Source: Tubiluchus corallicola
Taxonomy: Eukaryota; Animalia; Priapulida
Assembly: GCA_030141605.1 (NCBI GenBank)
Contig: JAQGDQ010000049.1
Location: forward strand, 62,001 to 126,000
DNA: 64,000 bases
Direction of reading: 5' to 3'
The position numbers were made by a program, and so were the translations under genes. Positions within the stretch are counted from its first letter, which is position 1; each line of letters opens with the position of its first letter. This document shows, piece after piece, positions 27,225 through 40,272 of this stretch. The notes beneath the pieces were generated by a model that was not told the origin of the DNA, did not search any database, and worked only from the letters and a program-made list of their open reading frames with translations.

Positions 27225-28799
27225 TTAACGTATCAGTAAAATTTCGAGCCACAGAAAGAGAAAGAAACTCGAGTTACTAACGGTAGTTGTACTTGCATTT
27301 TTGACAGATGCATGCAAGCCACTCGTTCTGGCACAATTAAAATCTGAAAGCTTTAACTGTTCGTTGGGTACTAGAGGTTCCCAGCAATCTACAAAAGATG
27401 CACTCCACTTGATTTCCTTTGTCCAAACTGCATTGCAGTCACAAATTAATCGACTTTGTAATAACGCAAAAACCACTGTGCTAGGGCTAACGTGTGGGTG
27501 CAGGTCAGGTGTCGTCATGCTGCTTATTTTTGTTCTAAAAAACTGGACGGAACGTATTGCAGGGTTATTAGACAGATCCAAATTGGCTATGGTCAATTCA
27601 TAGCAGTCAAAAATGGCAATTGTCTGCAAATTCTCCATTCTGCGAAATGCATCACGATGAACAAGTATTAAATTTTTCATGTTCAACATTCGAAAGTTAA
27701 CAATTGACCCATGTACGTCATCTTTTCCGAGAAAATTCATTCCACTATTCCTTATTATCAACGTTTCGACATACTTTCCTTTCAGAAATTTTTGTGGCAA
27801 CTGTGAATAACTATAGAACAAGATCTTGACTGTTAGTGGGACATCAGCAACTACTGGCAATGATTCTGAAATTTTTTCCAGGTTTGAGTAATCGAGATCC
27901 ATCTGGTTGCCGTTGCATGTCAGGATGTCTGGCGTAAAAGTACAGCCTAAACTCTCGGCTACTTTGTAATGCCCATTTTCAGTAGTTGTCTTGGTGGTTG
28001 AAATTTCTGTAGGTTTTAGGGTTGTCGAAGGTATAAAAGTTGACGTACCATCGGGACAAAAATCATCAAGGGTATGAATCAAAGTCCCCTCGACATATTT
28101 TCCTCTGGCATTGGGTAGTTGGGCACATTCTATTGAAGACTCTGAATTCCATGTCTCTATTTTCATCCAAACAGTTCTGCAGTCACAAATCAAAGGATTT
28201 CGGCGGAAAAAAATTCGTACTTTTTCAAAAACAACGTGTGCATGAAATGTTGGCATATCCGCTGTAATGATACCTGTATTGACTACACTCATTACCTGAA
28301 TCATTAGACTGTTAGACAAATCCAAATGTAGTTGCTTCAAATTTGGACAGTCATTGATGCTGATCAACAACAACATTTCCAAATTACTGAAAGCCTGGTG
28401 GTGTATGCTCGCCAAATTCTTAATCTTTGTTATTCTAATACTTGTAACATAATTAGCTAGAAGAAAGTTTTTTTCAATTCTGATCAGATTGTCAGCATTT
28501 ATTATGTCGACTCGTGAAACTTCTGTGCCTTCTAAAAATCTCAGAGGCAGAGCATTGTCTTCATAATCCCTTACCGAAACAATATTTACTTTTGTACCAT
28601 TAAAATATAATACTTCTCTTAGTTCCTCCAGAATAGCTTGATTAGTTGTTTTGCCATTACCACCACAAGTTATGTAAATGGAAATTGCTGTTTGCGTTCG
28701 TGAACAGGATCTTAAGAACGCTTTACTTGTGCCAAAATCAAATATGATTAGTATAATAAGTATGATGCCAAATTTTGCAGCACGGAAAGTTTGCAACAT
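27225..28799 (-). CDS. Intronless secreted leucine-rich-repeat protein, two tandem LRR/LRRCT modules, probable GPI anchor (524 aa from first ATG)
   Basis: Uninterrupted 1.6-kb ORF (track start 28853 is TTG; first ATG at 28799). N-terminal hydrophobic signal KFGIILIILIIFDFGTSKA. LRRs such as NLASIHHQAFSNLEMLLLISI. Two LRRCT caps NPLICDCRTVWMK and SRLICDCNAVWTK. Thr-rich linker. C-terminal S/T stretch plus hydrophobic tail SFFLFLWLEILLIR with no cytoplasmic domain. Confidence 0.85.
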   Translation of the reverse strand: MLQTFRAAKFGIILIILIIFDFGTSKAFLRSCSRTQTAISIYITCGGNGKTTNQAILEELREVLYFNGTKVNIVSVRDYEDNALPLRFLEGTEVSRVDIINADNLIRIEKNFLLANYVTSIRITKIKNLASIHHQAFSNLEMLLLISINDCPNLKQLHLDLSNSLMIQVMSVVNTGIITADMPTFHAHVVFEKVRIFFRRNPLICDCRTVWMKIETWNSESSIECAQLPNARGKYVEGTLIHTLDDFCPDGTSTFIPSTTLKPTEISTTKTTTENGHYKVAESLGCTFTPDILTCNGNQMDLDYSNLEKISESLPVVADVPLTVKILFYSYSQLPQKFLKGKYVETLIIRNSGMNFLGKDDVHGSIVNFRMLNMKNLILVHRDAFRRMENLQTIAIFDCYELTIANLDLSNNPAIRSVQFFRTKISSMTTPDLHPHVSPSTVVFALLQSRLICDCNAVWTKEIKWSASFVDCWEPLVPNEQLKLSDFNCARTSGLHASVKNASTTTVSNSSFFLFLWLEILLIR

Positions 28800-30159
28800 T
28801 ATATTCAAAGAGCCGTGTTGGAGAGCTCGATTTAATATCGAAAAAATTCTCAAATCATAAAGTTGTCACTATAGTTGTCACTATATTGAATATCTTTGTA
28901 ATGTTGCCAAAGAAACAATATTTAATTATTTGTTGCTATGTTGTTATACCACAGTTTAAAAATTATGCAAAAAACGCAAAAGCCTAATATTGCATTGTGA
29001 TGAAGTGTGAGACAGCCCAGTACCAGCAGTTTCAGTTTGTGTGAAAAATCGGCGGGTGAACGAATGTGTAGCAACAGTTAATCGTGACGTACACACAATT
29101 GATTGTTGACAAAGAAAAATTATTATTGTCTTCTTCACAAAGCCTCTTTGTACACAGCCTGGCTATAAACGTGGAAATATTTTTCTACTACAGTGCATTT
29201 TTGCAAAGTTTTAGATTACTATCATCACAATATTAAAATGATAAAAACGTATTACGTGGATAACAATAAGAACGTGAACTGGCGAAATAGACTTCTTTAT
29301 AGAGTTGCAGTGCAAGCGAGTAATCCGAAAATCACAGTAATCGTAGAATCACAGAATATATCTGTTGGATTACTCGTTTATGAAGTAACTCTATAGAGAG
29401 GTCTATCTCATCAAGGTGCCGGTCACATTCTCGTTCTCTTGTTCAAATTTTTTTTAGCCATCTTAATATTGTGACGTCATAATATAGTTACATGACAACA
29501 AAAATGGTGTTCTAAGTGATGCACGTACAAGATTCCATCTCAATAAATTTTATCTATCTTTGTAATACAAATTAAAGTTTGGAGTGACACTTTAACCAGA
29601 GCTAAGGTCAGCTCTTGCATGTATGAACCTGAGGACAGTATTACTTTGATAAAAAGAGGCAATCTAATAAACGGATACAGGAGAGTTTGCTGCACAGAAG
29701 CCATGCATGTGTTGGAGAAAACAGCTGCCTGTTTATTTGAAAAATCACCACCCGCTCGACTTCCGTGATGGGTTACAGAACCTGTGCTAATTTCTTATCT
29801 GCTTTTTCATGTTTGTTTGATAATTTCGACAAAACAACGCCGCGCATATACACGGTATCTGGGGTTTGGTGGAACGGCAATCATGAGGTCTTTCCTCTAG
29901 ACATTGCTAACTGCGTTTTAGGTTAATCACTTTCTCTATAACTTATGCTATGTTGACTTTTTTCACTAGATTTATTTTCCTATACGCCTTTTTTGTATTT
30001 TCGAAATTTAAGCTAGGGTTTTCACAGTATTTGACTTTCTAAATTTTTTATCAGAGATTGACGATTTGGTACGTGCGCCTATCATTTTTAAAATTTGCAT
30101 AATTCTAAAGTGCACAAAGAGTTCCATAATATGACAATCCAGATCAAAGAAGCACTTCC

Positions 30160-30326
30160 CACGACCCCAACCATCCGTTGTGACGGACGGTTATATTCAA
30201 ACCGTCAATTTTACTGTGTAAAGTTGGCTTAATGAAATTTACATAATATGGCTTAAGCCAACTTTAAACAGTAAAACTGAGGGTTTTAATTATAATTGAG
30301 TCTTATAGCGGATGATTAGGGTCATG
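30160..30326. mobile_element. Palindromic MITE-like element (~167 bp, ~70-bp arms)
   Basis: aaccgtcaattttactgtgtaaagttggcttaa pairs with ttaagccaactttaaacagtaaaactgagggtt (30/33). Outer arms cacgaccccaaccatccg and cggatgattagggtcatg also pair. Confidence 0.7.
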
Positions 30327-30826
30327 CTAAATGCTTGTATGTTCTGGATTGTCATGTAATGTTATTATAACTCTTTGTATATTTGAGAATTATTCTGACT
30401 TTGAAAATGGTGCTCAAACGTACCTGAACGACAATTTTTTAAATTCTGTTGTTATATATAGTTGTCGAGTGCCACTATATATTGATGTCATCAGAGAGTT
30501 TAAAAAATTCTGTTAAATGCCCGAAGTTTAGCATTTGTACTAATCCTAAGAACAACATCAGTACAGAGATTACACATGTGAATTGATGGAAAGCCAAGCT
30601 GTTGTGACTCAGAGCGGAGTGGGTTATATTGTACACAACTGTTCTGATTATTGTACCTGACTTTGCAAGTCAACAAGACAAGATGCAAACAACCAGACCA
30701 AATCTGTCCACTTTTGTTCATGTATTAACTTTTGTGAATCTAAAAATTTATATATCGTAAAACTCCACACCTTTCTTATCTCTATAATATTTTCAAAACT
30801 TACAAAAATGCCTTTGTCGAAAAGGA

Positions 30827-31980
30827 GCTAAACCAAGAAAAGTTGCAGCCACTTTCAGATAAAGTAGTTATATCAAGAAGAGTTGAAGCTTCATTCAGAT
30901 AACTAAAGCAGCAAAACAAAGAAGAATTGTGGCTGGATTCATATCACGCAACTAAACCAAGAAGAATTGCAGCTCGATTCAGATCATGCCGCTAAACCAA
31001 CAAGAAATGCAGCTGGATTCAGATCATGCAACTAAACCAAGAAGAGTTGCAGCTGGATTCAGATCATGCAGCTAAACCAAGAAGAGTTGCAGCTGGATTC
31101 AGATCATGCAGCTAAACCAAGAAGAATTACAGCTGGATTCAGATCTTGCAGTTAAACCAGGAAGAGTTGCGGCTGGATTCAGATCATGCAGCTAAACTAA
31201 GAAGAATTACAGCTGGATTCAGATCATGCAACTAAACCAAGAAGAGTTGCGGCTGGATTCAGATCTTGCAGTTAAACCAGGAAGAGTTGCGGCTGGATTC
31301 AGATCTTGCAGTTAAACCAAGAAAAATTGCAGGTGGATTCAGGTCATGCAGCTAAACCAAGAAGAGTTGCGGCTGGACTCGGGTCACGCAGCTAAACCAA
31401 GAAAAAATGCAGCTGGATTCATATCGTGCAACTAAACCAAGAAGAGTTTCGGCTGGATTCTGACCATGCAGCTATAAACCAAGAAGAGTTGCGGCTGGAT
31501 TCATATCGTGTAGCTAAACCAAGAAGAGTTGCGGCTGGATTCTGACCATGCAGCTATAAACCAAGAAGAGTTGCAGCTGGATTCAGATCATGTAGCTAAA
31601 GCAAGAAAAATTGCAGCTGGATTCATATCGTGCAACTAAACCAAGAAGAGTTGCGGCTGGATTCAGATCATGCAGCTAAACCAGGAAGAGTTGCGACTGA
31701 ATTCAGATCATGCAGCTAAAGCAAGAAGAGTTGCGGCTGGATTCAGATCTTGCAGTTAAACCAAGAAAAATTGCAGCTGGATTCAGATCATGCAGCTAAA
31801 CCAAGAATTGGAGCTGGATTCAAATCATGCAGCTAAACCAGTAAGAGTTGCGGCTGGATTCAGATCATATAGCTGAACCAAGAAAAGCTGCAGGTGCATT
31901 TAGATAACGTAGCTAAACTAAGAAGAGTTGCAGCTGGATTCAGACCACGCAGCTAAACCAAGAAGTGTTGCCGTTGCATT
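30827..31980. repeat. Minisatellite, 40-bp unit, ~29 copies
   Basis: Consensus gctaaaccaagaagagttgcagctggattcagatcatgca; units start 40 bp apart (31031, 31071, 31111...). Edges are more diverged than the centre. Confidence 0.95.
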
Positions 31981-32624
31981 GAAATTCTTATGCAGCATCT
32001 ATCCGCAATTCTGCAGCACTTGAAACAAATCTCTGTACTTGCAGAATGGTCGGTCTCTGGTTTCTCTGAGCTGATTACACGTACGTTGCCACCTGATAGT
32101 TTAATTCAAATAAAGTCGTCTAGATAAATACGTTCACTTTGTCTCTGATCAGAAATTGATGGAAATTGAAACAGGGAATAGCTCGACAGACAGAAGTTTG
32201 CTGGTGTGGCGCTGCTTCGGCTTTCCGAATTGCAGAAAATAAAGTTTACGTAGGAGGACAGATCATAATGGATACAAAAACATATTGAATGTTGAAATGA
32301 CTCGAGTTGTTCATGTATTATATTCACTGTACGTGAAACTGCTCGTTATTTTACACGTAACGGTAGTAATGATGTACACTGCGCTTTTTAGATGCCAGTA
32401 AAGCATTTGATAAAGCTTTACCCTACGGTCTATATGCATCAAACTGATAAAAACTGTGAATGAATGTCTTATCAAAATCGTGATGAGCTGGTACAGTCGA
32501 CGTAGTTGTATGAAATGGAATTCACAGATTGTTTTCCAGTTAAATGTCCAACAAGGTAAAAAATTGCCGTCTTTACTATATGCACATGCGTGTGTTAAAT
32601 CATTAGAGCTTCAAAACTAGATTT

Positions 32625-32904
32625 TCACGTACATTGTAAATACGTAGGAATTGTTTGTTATGTCGACGACAATATATTAACATTGTTTCTAGTGTTAATA
32701 TTCTGCAAAAACATGTAACAACATTGTGAGTTACATGCTGAGGCGTGGGATATTGCTTTTAGTCCTAACAAGTCGTTACTATTGCGTTTTCGTGACAACA
32801 CAGCTATCACAGTAAAAATAAGATACAATTTAAAATGGACAGATAAAGTTACATATTTAGGATACGATATTGTATCAGGAAAAGAATTCTCGTATAAATT
32901 AACA

Positions 32905-32905
<1 letters not shown>
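32625..32905 (+). mobile_element. LINE RT fragment A (catalytic motif and downstream region)
   Basis: YVGIVCYVDDNIL at 32641-32679 (YADD motif), then CELHAEAWDIAFSPNKS...KWTDKVTYLG. Confidence 0.7.
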
Positions 32906-32943
<38 letters not shown>

Positions 32944-32996
32944 GCACGCACGCACGCGCGCGCGCACACACACACACACACACACGCACACACACA
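32906..32996. repeat. (CA)n-(CGCA)n-(CG)n-(CA)n compound microsatellite
   Basis: Directly visible. Confidence 0.95.
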
Positions 32997-33254
32997 TGAT
33001 GCCTGCGAGCATGCGCATGCGCCAGGTGTTGGCTACAGTTTTTTGAGAATTCTTGCATTTTCTGGCTTGTTTTGTCAGTTTTAGTAGTACATTTTAATTG
33101 GATTATATAGTGCCGTGGATAGCAATTTAAACCAGTTTTGATAAAATACATGCTTATTCTTGTATGCTTGAGTCTAGCATTTACAGCTATTATTGCTTGA
33201 TACTTTCTCGTCAGTTAAAAAGCCAAGTAACAACCATATTAAAATACAGTTCTA

Positions 33255-33875
33255 GTGCGTACACTAAAACTATTTAGACCCACACCGAAAACAAAATTGG
33301 CTACCAATGCAGTTCATTTATCAGCAAGTTTATTTCAACGTATAAAGAGGCTAAATATCTTAAATCAATCACTTGCCAGACGCAGGGGAACTAGGACTGG
33401 TATTGAACGTAGTACCTTGCCAAAAAGAGATTTAATCTGGGGAGTCAGTTCAACAAGCTACATTGAAAGGCAAAAATCGTTTGACCTGGTTCAGCTGAAT
33501 GTTTCAAGATCGAAGCTTTTCACATTTGGACTAATTAATGCCCAATGTTTAAGAAACAAGATTAGCGAGATATGCCAAGGCTTAATTGACGAAAATGTCC
33601 ATTTATGTGCCGTCACAGAAACGTGGCTTGAGCAGCAGGACGACAAAGCCAGAGCACATTTAGAAATGAGTGGGTTTAACTTTAATGATGCACCCCGGTT
33701 AGATGGTAGGCATCATGGTGGCATGGGTGTGCTGTTCAGAGATGGGATCAAATTAAATCTAATGGAATCAATTTTCAAGACTTCATTTGAGTTTAGTGAA
33801 TGGTGTGTTTGGATGACTAATATGAAAATGAAATTAATCATTGTGTACAGGACACCATACATATATTATGTATAC
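33255..33875 (+). mobile_element. LINE APE endonuclease N-terminal fragment (3'-truncated)
   Basis: FGLINAQCLRNK, LCAVTETWL, PRLDGRHHGGMGVLFR and IIVYRTP motifs; truncated before GDFN. Confidence 0.8.
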
Positions 33876-33914
33876 ATACACAGGACACCATATACATACA
33901 TGTATATTATAAAA

Positions 33915-34150
33915 TGAATAATGTTTTATGCACACTAGATAAATGAAAGTCGGAAATTACAACATTGTTCTTAATGAGCACTTACTGTCTACCAAGTATA
34001 ACTTTTGCTTCAGAAGTATGCTCAATGAAGAGCAGGGACATCGAGGTTGCATGGAAAACTATTTACAGGAGAATATTTAATTTCAAAAGAAGCGAAAACG
34101 TTAGATTGTTTCAGTACTTTTGTAATACAATGCCACTGAACTATTTAACC
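33915..34150 (+). mobile_element. LINE RT fragment B (likely continuation of fragment A)
   Basis: LFLMSTYCLPSITFASEVC...IEVAWKTIYRRIFNFK...VRLFQYFC resembles the post-RT C-terminal region of non-LTR elements. Confidence 0.6.
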
Positions 34151-35427
34151 ACTCGCTCATTTACTCACTCACTCCCTCGCTCACTCGTTCACACACTCAC
34201 TCACCCACTAAAGCTCATTTAGTTATCTCAATTCACCAGATTTAAAAATGCATTATTTGTATATTATCCTGTAATCTTGCTCTCATATCTGTCATCTGTT
34301 CTACTGCTTGTTTTAACGTATCTGTAACCTAATGGCAATCCTGCGTTAATGCTCTGCTCATTAGCTTCCGCAATAATAAGGTCATCCGCTATTTGCATCA
34401 CCATTTATCAGCATGAGAAAATGGTCAAATGATGCTGAACATGTTCGACATTGGCTGGCGGAAGTCCAATCATCTCTTCAAGCCGGTGCGCGAAAACAAG
34501 GCGGAGATTTATTGCAAAATATCCCCATTTTCTTAAATAGGAGTAATAAAGCAACGAATGTAGGAATATTTACGATTCTTTGTTCCAACACAGAACTTTA
34601 ATAATTAATAACAAGTGTCTTATATAAAGTCATTCTGGTTCGACGTCATGCTTAACAAATTTTGTGAGTAACCTTAAATTAAATGCACGGACGAATTGAG
34701 AGAGTGATCACTAGACTAACGTATTTTGTTAAATTAGTACTAATGTCGCCCAATTTAAAAGTGTGCTGCTAAATTTTAGGAGCCTACAAGGGCAGCTGAT
34801 TAGTTTAAATGGAGCGAATGGTAAAACTTAGCTCAAAAACTACCATTAATTTAAAACAGAATCGATGTGTGATTCTCAAATACTTAGTGATAACTTAATA
34901 AGAAAATGTGCTACATTACTTGTTAAGTGATAAATGTTGTTTAAAGGCTTCTGTGCTATACTCGATCAACTATATTAAATCAATTAACTGACTTTTGATT
35001 TTAGACAAAGCAACGAACGTTTGTAGCTAACAAATCACAGCAGTGCTTCTGTTGACTGTATTTATGCTTCAGTGTAATGCGCGCAACGGTTAGTCATACA
35101 GAGTGAAAGTTCTTTCATTTAAATGGTGTCGTAAATTCACTTCCCCTTGCGGCTCTGCTTTGATAAAATTCTAACATGAAACACTAGACGCATGTTGCAG
35201 TATGTTCAGGCTTATTTAAATTTATAGATTATAAAATAAGCGCTTTACATGGAAAAGATTAAATGCAGGCACAAGCTGATGCTCTTATTATACTACTCAA
35301 ACATAGTTCAGGGGAACAAACAATTGTAATGATATAAGAGAGTGAAGCATGAAGATGCAAAGCAGATACAAGAGTTAAAGAAGAAAAGCAGAGTAGACAA
35401 GTAGGAGAAAAGCTGAGAGAGAGAGAG

Positions 35428-35590
<163 letters not shown>

Positions 35591-37734
35591 ATGAATACTA
35601 ATATGTAATGATAAACCTAAAACTTGCACGTCCAAAATCGCAAAACGGTAAAGAGGCAAAGTTTTGAAAAATTCTACTTCATGCATTAGCAGTCATAGCT
35701 CTATTTACAGCCATGTTTAGTCGCAAATGAGGGTCTACGTATTGTAAGTAAGATACTCGTTAACAACGTGTTAAGTTACATTATCTTCTTCCGCGCATGC
35801 TTTGCAACTTAAACCGTTCTAACGCACTTTAAGGGTTGCAGATTATCTTTCGCCTACAAGAGAAAAGCTTTCATTTATCCGGAATAACTTCATATACAAC
35901 ACGTTAGCCCATTTTCGAAGAAACAGCATATCCAAAGTAGAAACTGATTTACTGAATGTAATTGAGGCAAATAGCCATGTCGATTCTTTTGCAACCACTA
36001 AATTGTTTGTAATGGAAAAGTTGTTTCTGTTTAAGCGTGAATTTTTTCTTATTTTTAGTTGAAAAATAGCCTTCGCATCGTTACATCCTTCGCATTGCCT
36101 TGTAAATCTGAACATGCCGTCGACTCTACATTGCAGTATCAGCATGACATAAACTAATTTCCTCACTTTAGTCAAAACGTTCCCAGATGACTATATGGCC
36201 CACGCTAAAAGCCTTTTTGCAATAGAAAACCAATAAACTTGTACAATAAAAGGATAACGGTGCAGTAATCAGAAAATCAGTTTATGCAGAATGCGGACGA
36301 CCGCAAAGTCATTGGTTAGTTAAAGATATAATAAGTTTCTTTTAATTTGACTTAGAATCATACACTTCACACATTTAAAATGTTTACCACGCACAAGGAC
36401 AAAAACTAAAACTATTAAACGGCACAAAAGCTATACAACTAAAGTACTGTGTTGATTCAATTCTTAAAACCAATTACAATAAAAAATGTTAGCATGACCA
36501 AACCAAATGGTTAAGATGTTCGTAATACTTCTACCTTTTTGTTTGCTTGAAAATGCTTTTTATTTATAGACCAGACCGTCCAACCAAAGGTGCAATTTCA
36601 TATTCATTGGCTTTTGCAAATAACACGACTGGCTGTTAAAAATTGGTTGAAAATTGCTTAATATAATAACTAACAGCTACATTATAGGGTTTAATTGAAA
36701 GGAAAACCCTTTACTTATATTAAAACTAAAATAATTCGTCTTGACATTTTGTGCTTTTCGCATCACCTACATGCTGTTTTTGTGTTCTGAATGTGTAGCA
36801 ACAGCACTGCGTAAAACTTGTAAATTTAAAGTACAAAAAGACCGTTAAGCGCAGCCATTTTAACGGTAAGTTGTTTAAAACAAATTTAGATTATAAAGAG
36901 TAAATTTTAAAAAATAATCAAAGCATTCCTAGTGTACACTTCACTATCTACCTAAGAAAAAAGTATAAATTACCTTTCCTTGTCAATAAGATTAATAGTA
37001 TGTTTTCAGTGAGCCAGTGGTGCAAACTGGGACTGTGAGTCCAGTGACGTGTTACCACTTGGCGCCAACGTTTAAATTGGTAAGAATTTCTTTTATGGAT
37101 ACATAAGTCTTTCAAACAGGTAAGCGTAATGCAAAGTAGTATAATTTCGCATGGAAAGTTTATTGTACCTACTTTAAAATTGTCTTTTCCTTTAAAACCG
37201 TCAATTCTCTAAGGAGATATATCTGAGGAAAGATGCTATACAAGGCAATTTATACAATTAACTTACATGCATGACGACTCATAATTGACTGGCGTGAATC
37301 CAGCCTATTTCATGTCAGGTTCGCAACGTCTCTGTATACAATAAATTCCTTTCTTACGATGGCCGTAACATTGCAGAAGCTGGCAATTTACCAACTTGCC
37401 GTTTCACGCAAACTTGTACAAAAATTAATTCAATTTTTATTGATAGTTATGAGATTTATGTTGAATTTATCGCAAAATCTAATAACATTTTTGCTATATT
37501 GATGTCATTTCAGCCACACAATTTGAATATCGTAAAATCATGGGTTAAAAGTCTAAGGCTGCAGTAGCCCCCAGAGTAAACTATTGCCTGAACAATTCGA
37601 GTCGATTGGGGGATTGGACAGCTGGACTAAACTAGCCAAATCTTTTATAGTCTCAAAATGGCGACTAAAGTGGGTGCGGCGGCGACAGAAACATGCGACT
37701 TGCGAAAGTAAAAAAGATCGACCATTATGCTCAC

Positions 37735-38895
37735 ACATGCCAGTTTTACCTCTGCCATAGTAGACGGTTGATTAAAAGCATCATTTGTCATTTCATTCAT
37801 ATTAAAACTTTGTACATCACGTTCCACGTTGTTAAACCATTCCTGGTCAAAATTTTTATTTTGCAAGTGCGTTCGTTCGAAAAAAGTTTTGTATAAAATT
37901 TTGCATTTGTCACTCTCCTCAGTGTAATACCTTCCGTGTACTTTCAATATATCTACCTGATTTTCCATAGATTTTGCAAAAACCTTTCGATAGGTCTTCC
38001 AGAAATTTTTACGTTGAGGAACGTTCAGCTTTGCAGTATTTTTAATTACCCCCTTATTTAGTTCTTCATACAATACCTTTTGAAAACATTCTTTTTCCTC
38101 AAAACGCGTATTTCGATTTACATAATTGGAATGTCCTTTGTATTTTTTTGCGCTCTCGTACTTCATTAGACAAGGCTGATAACTCAGGGGTCCAAAAAGG
38201 CTCGCTATATCTCGACACTATTTTCGTATCCAGAGCTTCACTGCAGCTTGCTTTGATTGCTTCTAAGAACAGTGTCTATACAGATGCCACATTTTTGTTT
38301 TCTATTTCAACACTGAACAATGGAAACTACTCTCTCAATTTTCTTTCGAGCACCGATGACCAGTTATTTCAATCACTGTGTTTGAAGTCATATCTTGCGT
38401 TGCGCTGGACTGGCTTTCTGCTTTTAATGTTGAATTCTGTAATTATGGGAAAATGGCCCATTTGCGGGGCTCCCAAAAATAGTTCAATGTCTTGATTTAC
38501 TTTTTGAGAAAGAAGTTGAGATGCTAATTCACTACTGGCCACTATGATGTCAATCTTACTTTTACCAGTGATAGATTGGAATGTTTCTGTATTAGGTGCT
38601 ACTACGGTCAATTTACCATAGCTGCTTTGAAGTAAGTTCATAGTCAGTCTTCCACAATCAGTGGTCATTTGTGTTATTATCCCAGATATAACTGCGGGCA
38701 CTCAAGTCGTGGCGTATCAGGTGTGATACAAGTAGAACTAATTAATTTTCTTGTTCCTTGCACTTGTGCAACGACCCACAATATATCAAATTCTGATGAT
38801 TCGAGCTCGCTAACTCTGCTGCAAGTGATACCACTTTTTACAAACAGCGCACAGTCTCCAGAATAATTTACCGAAACTTTCGGAAATGTTTTCAA
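37735..38895 (-). mobile_element. Decayed Jockey/I-like LINE ORF2 5' part (endonuclease and linker, lacking RT)
   Basis: Frameshifted pieces: YSGDCALFVKSGI, TFQSITGKSKIDIIVASSEL, GHFPII (SDHxPI motif), PFWTPELS, FWKTYRK, FNQPSTMAEVKLA. Confidence 0.7.
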
Positions 38896-40127
38896 ATTTA
38901 AGGTGATCTACTGTAGCTCATTTTCTACTACTTTAGTTTCTTATACAGCAACAATTTGCTGTATATATATATATATATATATATTTCTATATATATACAT
39001 ATATAGAAAGAGAGAGAGAGAGAGAGCGGGAGAGCAATGTCTTTTAATTGAATTTTCTTCATTCAGAGTGGATTCACTTACTTAAAATGGCCAAATCACA
39101 AAGATCTTAGAAATGAGTGAGCTAAGCCTTCTACCATATTCCGTAGATTTCCACGGCCAATCGCAAAAAAACATTTTTTCCGGAAAGCAGTTGTATGAGA
39201 TCCACGCATAGGTATCATTTATTCAAAAGCATAACGTTCTTTATGCATGCACATGATTAAGAGACCTATTAATGTCTAAGTTTGGACGAATTATTTGCAC
39301 GAAAAATCAGTGAAGTATGAAATAATGAGCTACTTGATGTTCACAAACCACAGGAGATTATCAGAAAAATTGTTAACCTCATCTTATCAATGCCGCGGTA
39401 AGGATAGACGTTATTATAAACAATAACAAGCTGGATTTCATCGCCTACCATTAACTTTCTATAAATATTAAGAATTATAAAAAGGATTTAAGGCTTTTAA
39501 TAGGAAAAGTTCTGAGTGTTTTAAGCGCATTTCCAGAATTGAAGCCTGTTAACTCTTAAATGCGAGTCAGCAAATACAAAGCTGCGGTGGAAAACATTCG
39601 AAAGACAATCTCTGAAGCAATACCCGGAAATGCTCTTAAGCACTTCTGAACCCCGGAAATGCTGTTAAGCGCTTCTTCCGGTAATAAGTGAGGTGATCGA
39701 ATGGTCACGACATGGAATGTACTTGGCGATTGGGGCAAACCCACGCAGAGCGGTGGTTTATGGTCATCTGGGTTCCATATTCGCTTTGGGTGATTTTACT
39801 GATTTTGGTTATTTACTTCGTCTAAGGGGCTACATTCACATCCAAACGCGCTTTTAAGTACCTCTGTTCATCTTAGATGATTATCTTGAAAATACTCAGA
39901 TTTAGATGTTAGACTATTTTTAGATACACTGTAAGAACAACAGCATCTTCGGTAGCCAATCACAAGTCATTAAGGCCTTAATAACTATTAGCACGTTTGC
40001 TTATTAGAAATAGTGGCAAAAACTTAATATCAGTAATAAATGCATAAAAGAAAAAACTGTGTTATCGGCCATAAGCCTGTTTCGATGCTTGATTTTTACA
40101 TGATTTGGGTTAACGCGATATCTAGAT

Positions 40128-40272
40128 AATGATGATGATGGCGGTGGTGGTAGTGGTGGTGGTGGTGGTGGTGGCGATGGCGGAAGCGGTGGAGGAGGCG
40201 GTGGCGATAGCGATGGTGATAATGGTAATGATAATGATGGTGATGATGACGACGACGACGACGACGACAATG
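40128..40272. repeat. (GGT/GAT/GAC)n trinucleotide low-complexity tract
   Basis: Directly visible. Confidence 0.9.

Noticed and set aside
27301-28987. Plus-strand ORFs overlapping the LRR gene
   Set aside because: Short antisense shadows with no recognisable motifs.
30827-31980. Regular 40-bp array as a possible CRISPR or coding repeat
   Set aside because: Units are contiguous with no unique spacers, there are no cas genes, the context is eukaryotic, and the period is not a multiple of 3 with no long ORF.
37010-37075. tRNA/SINE-like A-box on the minus strand (tggcgccaagtggtaa); similar motifs near 7408 and 49230
   Set aside because: No convincing B-box or cloverleaf could be built; not supportable as tRNA genes.
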